A DNA stretch of 64,000 bases, from contig OZ240241.1 in assembly GCA_965198115.1 (NCBI GenBank), positions 1,152,001-1,216,000 on the forward strand, written 5' to 3'. A program made the position numbers and the translations under genes. This document shows, one piece after another, positions 60,470-64,000 of the stretch. Source of the stretch: Candidatus Latescibacterota bacterium (GTDB taxonomy: Bacteria > Latescibacterota > UBA2968). The stretch's first letter is position 1, and each line of letters opens with the position of its first letter. The notes below the pieces were generated by a model. The model saw nothing but the letters and a program-made list of their open reading frames with translations. It had not been told where the DNA came from and did not search any database.

Positions 60470-61783
60470 TCAGCCTTCGGACTCGAACGCGTGATAAATC
60501 GCCCGCACGGCTTGTTTGTAGTCCTGGTCCTCGACGCCGACGATGATGTTGATTTCGGAAGCGCCCTGATCGATCACACGCACGTTGATGCCTGCCTCGG
60601 CCAGGGCGGTGAACAATTTGGCCGCGATTCCAATTCGATGGGACATCCCCTCGCCGACCGTCGCAATCAGGGCAAGGCCAGGGAGCAACTCGGTTCGGTC
60701 GGGCTCCAGGGTCCGCTCGATCTCCTCGAGTAAGAGCTCCCCGCGACCCGCCAGCTCCTCGTCGCTGACGATGACCGAAATCGTGTCGATGCCCGAAGGC
60801 GTATGTTCATAGCTGATGTCGTGTGCAGCGACCACCTCGAGCACCCGCCGGCCGAACCCGGTTTGCTTGTTCATCAGTGCTTTTTCGATGAAAAGCATCG
60901 TAAAACCGGGTCGTCCTGCCACGCCCCCGAGCATGTTGTCCGTTGGTGTACGCTGTTTTAGAATACGAGTTCCGGGCGCATCGGGGTCGTTCGTGTTTCG
61001 GATGTGGATGGGAATGCCCGCTTCTCTGACCGGGAACATGGCTTCATCGTGGAAGACGCTCGCTCCCATGTAGGAAAGCTCTCGAATTTCGCGGTAGGTA
61101 ATCTCTTCGACAGGTTTCGGGTTTTCGACGATTCTGGGATCGGCCATGAGCAAACCGGACACATCGGTCCAGTTCTCGTAAACCGACGCTCCGGCCGCAC
61201 GTGCGACGATGGCTCCTGTGATGTCAGAACCACCCCGCGAAAAGGTCTGCACCTCTCCACTATCCGAAGACCCGTAGAAACCAGGAATGACGTAGCGTCC
61301 CGGCCCGTCGAGGGCGCTGCCCAGCAGGTCGTAACTGATCGGATTCAGGCGACCCTCCGGTCCAAAACGGATCACCTCGGCAGGTTCGACATACGTCGCT
61401 TCGAGAAGCGCGGAGACGACCTTGCCGTTCAGATACTCACCTCTCGAGGCTATGTAATCGACGGATGCGCCACCCTCCAGATCCTGACGCAGCTGGGCGA
61501 GGAGTCCGTCCACATCCAGGTCCAGAGACAGCCCCTCGGCCAGGTCCTTGTAGCGTTCGTGGACGAGCCCGAACGCCTCATCGAACGCGACGTGCTGACG
61601 CGTGGCTTCGTGACAGAGATACAGCAAGTCGGTGATTTTGGTGTCGTCGGCGTGCCGCTTGCCTGGCGCAGAGGGAACAACGAAGCGTCGTTCGGGATCA
61701 GCATCGACGATCGAGGCGACTTTGCGAAACTGCGAAACGTCGGCGAGAGATGATCCGCCGAATTTGCAGACAATACTACCCAT
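60470..61783 (-). CDS. lysC: Aspartate kinase
   Basis: KFGGSSLAD, SRGEY, FSRGGSDITG, DPRIV, two ACT domains. Confidence 0.93.
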   Translation of the reverse strand: MGSIVCKFGGSSLADVSQFRKVASIVDADPERRFVVPSAPGKRHADDTKITDLLYLCHEATRQHVAFDEAFGLVHERYKDLAEGLSLDLDVDGLLAQLRQDLEGGASVDYIASRGEYLNGKVVSALLEATYVEPAEVIRFGPEGRLNPISYDLLGSALDGPGRYVIPGFYGSSDSGEVQTFSRGGSDITGAIVARAAGASVYENWTDVSGLLMADPRIVENPKPVEEITYREIRELSYMGASVFHDEAMFPVREAGIPIHIRNTNDPDAPGTRILKQRTPTDNMLGGVAGRPGFTMLFIEKALMNKQTGFGRRVLEVVAAHDISYEHTPSGIDTISVIVSDEELAGRGELLLEEIERTLEPDRTELLPGLALIATVGEGMSHRIGIAAKLFTALAEAGINVRVIDQGASEINIIVGVEDQDYKQAVRAIYHAFESEG

Positions 61784-61831
61784 CCTAACCTCAAATGAAG
61801 ACGCCGGATCTGAATCGATCCGGCGCGGGCA

Positions 61832-62374
61832 TCAGACCACGACGAGCGACAGGAAAATACAGCCGAGGGCAACCAAAATGACGACAGCCGCCCACCTCTT
61901 TGGAGCACCTGGATCGTCGTCATCGAACACGAACGTGCCCACCCGTCCGAAGAACGTCAGGGGCTCGGACTCAGCCACGCGGGAATCTCTGCGAATCCGA
62001 TCTTGAAGGATGTCGAGAAGAATCCCGTAAAGCTCTCGTGTATTCACCGGCTTTTGGATGTAGTCGGCAGCTCCCAGGTCCCGGACCCTTGCTCGCGCCT
62101 CTTTGGCATCGGTTCCGCTGACAACGACGACTTTTTGTCGAAGACTCAGAGGCTTGAGGAGGCGGAGAATCTCCTCACCATCGAGCCCCGGCATCATCAG
62201 GTCGAGCAACACGAGATCGTAGGTCCCGCAGAGAGCCTCGTTCAAACCATCGTGAGGATCGCTGGCCACCCGAACCTCGCACCCGGACCGACTCAGGCTG
62301 AGTTCAACGATTTCCAAAAAGACTCGGTCGTCGTCGATCGCGAGCACACGCCAGGTTGGTGTCTTCCTCTCCAC
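61832..62374 (-). CDS. Response regulator receiver with C-terminal TM helix
   Basis: IDDD, LLDLMMPG, IQKP; ends WAAVVILVALGCIFLSLVVV. Confidence 0.85.
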   Translation of the reverse strand: MERKTPTWRVLAIDDDRVFLEIVELSLSRSGCEVRVASDPHDGLNEALCGTYDLVLLDLMMPGLDGEEILRLLKPLSLRQKVVVVSGTDAKEARARVRDLGAADYIQKPVNTRELYGILLDILQDRIRRDSRVAESEPLTFFGRVGTFVFDDDDPGAPKRWAAVVILVALGCIFLSLVVV

Positions 62375-62381
62375 CGGCTAC

Positions 62382-63290
62382 TCAAGAGGGAAGCGTGGCT
62401 TTCGTCTTCCTCAGCTGTTTGAGCAGCTTTCGCACATCTCCCATGGCGGGATCCAGTCCAATCGCCATGTTCAGAGCAGAGATTGCGGCATCGAGATCCT
62501 CGATGCTTTCGGTGTCCTGGTACTTGTAGGTATATCCGAGTCCGATTACGTGATTCGCCCGGGCTTTCATATTCGCACTCAGGTGTTCGTTCGCGAGGGC
62601 GTCTTCGGCTGTGTCGATCGCCTGATCGAATGCACCCGACCGAAACTGGTAGAACGACGCGAACACCTTCGCCTTGGAAAGGACGGCTCGATCCTCACCG
62701 TACTCGATACCCCGGGTCACGACCTCGAGCGCCTCTTTGTAGCGACGGAGACCTTCCAACATTCGCGCGACTTCGACCGAGTGAGCACAGAGCAAGTCTT
62801 TCGCCTTGCGGTCCTCAGGAACAGGGCGGAAGACGTAGCTGCTCCAAATCGAATCTTGGAACGCCCAGGCGTCTAAAACACGTTCAACCATGTTCTGATC
62901 TCGCCGGGTCGCCGCCGCGCGCCCCCAAAGACGGGTCTTCTGGTAGAGGTGCATACTGACACCCCGCATCGCCGGGGGATAGCTGGGGGCAGCCTGCAGG
63001 ATTTCGGTGCCGATGATGTAAACCGAGTCCCCGACGGCGGTGGCTAGGGCGCCCGCTCTCTCCTCGATCGCCAACAACTGCTCAGCCCTGTTCCTGGCCC
63101 TGCGACCGGAGGGCGTTCCTGCGAACGTCTCTGCAACACGCTGGTAACCTTCGATTGCGTTTCTGATGTCCTGGATCTGCTCTTCTAAATCCCGTGCGTG
63201 GCCCACTTCGTAGGCAGCCTGCTGTTCACGGTCCTCACACGATACGACCAGAATAATCGCCGCCAAGAGATACACACATCTGCCGATCAT
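62382..63290 (-). CDS. TPR-like lipoprotein
   Basis: Lipobox ILVVSC; helical TPR-like repeats. Confidence 0.7.
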   Translation of the reverse strand: MIGRCVYLLAAIILVVSCEDREQQAAYEVGHARDLEEQIQDIRNAIEGYQRVAETFAGTPSGRRARNRAEQLLAIEERAGALATAVGDSVYIIGTEILQAAPSYPPAMRGVSMHLYQKTRLWGRAAATRRDQNMVERVLDAWAFQDSIWSSYVFRPVPEDRKAKDLLCAHSVEVARMLEGLRRYKEALEVVTRGIEYGEDRAVLSKAKVFASFYQFRSGAFDQAIDTAEDALANEHLSANMKARANHVIGLGYTYKYQDTESIEDLDAAISALNMAIGLDPAMGDVRKLLKQLRKTKATLPS

Positions 63291-63308
63291 TGCGTCCTCC
63301 ACCAACAG

Positions 63309-64000
63309 TTATTCGACATCGGCCCTCAACACCACTTCGGGCCGCTTCTTCTGCTTCATTCGATCCACGAGTCTTCGATTGAATTCGTGCGCCGTATGAT
63401 GCCCCTGAATCTTCAACTGGTAATTCATCGCGATTGCTTCCGCGATCACCGTGATGTTCTTTCCTGGATAGATCGGAACGGTGACCTGAGGCACCTCCAC
63501 ATCCAGGATCGAAACCCAATCCTCCTCGAGACCGATTCGGTCGAACCCCGTGGACTCGTTCCATTCAACGAGCTTCACAATGACCTCGACGCGCTTTTGC
63601 AGACGTGTCGCTCTTACACCGAACATGCTTCGCACGTCGAGAATCCCAAGACCTCGAATCTCCATATGGTCCCTGAGTGTCTCGCCACTCGTGCCCACGA
63701 GAAGGCCCTGGAGCTTTCGAGAAACGAGCACGACGTCGTCGGCCACGAGTCGATGTCCCCGTTCGACAAGGTCAAGGGCGATCTCGCTCTTTCCGATTCC
63801 ACTGCGCCCCATGAGGAGGAGGCCGATGCCGTAGACATCGACCAACGAACCGTGAAGCGCGGTGTGTGGCGCGAAGACGTCATCGAGATAAAGCGAAAAG
63901 AGGTGCGCGAACTTCGTGGTTGAGTAGGACGTTGTGAGTAGAGGGATGTTGCGTTCTTCGGAAAGTCTTTTCAGTGCAGGCAGTACCTCGTTCCCATCCG
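63309..64000 (-). CDS. hprK: HPr kinase/phosphorylase (5' end outside window)
   Basis: LHGSLVDVYG, GRSGIGKSE, LVADD, MEIRGLGI, PGKN. Confidence 0.96.
   Translation of the reverse strand, partial: DGNEVLPALKRLSEERNIPLLTTSYSTTKFAHLFSLYLDDVFAPHTALHGSLVDVYGIGLLLMGRSGIGKSEIALDLVERGHRLVADDVVLVSRKLQGLLVGTSGETLRDHMEIRGLGILDVRSMFGVRATRLQKRVEVIVKLVEWNESTGFDRIGLEEDWVSILDVEVPQVTVPIYPGKNITVIAEAIAMNYQLKIQGHHTAHEFNRRLVDRMKQKKRPEVVLRADVE

Noticed and set aside
1-64000. CRISPR array or cas genes
   Set aside because: No regularly spaced repeat-spacer pattern or Cas motifs seen; the repeats found are protein-coding (NHL, pentapeptide, LRV, KKPP)

Overview
GC-rich bacterial chromosomal window, possibly Ca. Latescibacterota or a related lineage (inferred only from a C-terminal dockerin/EF-hand-like DLDGDGVIGFQDFLQF motif and overall gene content). 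It holds housekeeping genes (miaA, mutL, hpt, apt, ychF, acyP, mobA, pgi-like, pfk, galK, aspartate kinase, hprK), tRNA-Gly(CCC) and tRNA-Arg(CCT), a three-subunit xanthine-dehydrogenase-family molybdoenzyme, and an arsenosugar-type arsS-arsM cluster with an embedded PGI-like gene. There are six receiver-domain genes and no histidine kinase: three REC-HDOD, and several lack the phospho-Asp. A broken gene reconstructs to a probable octaheme cytochrome c. Five IS families are present (IS3, IS256, IS1595 carrying passenger ORFs, ISL3, IS200), plus a decayed integrative element at tRNA-Gly. About a dozen frameshifts or in-frame stops, several in homopolymer runs, suggest an unpolished long-read assembly, so split and fused genes need read-level checking. 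No CRISPR array was seen. Product calls rest on motif recognition by eye, not database searches.
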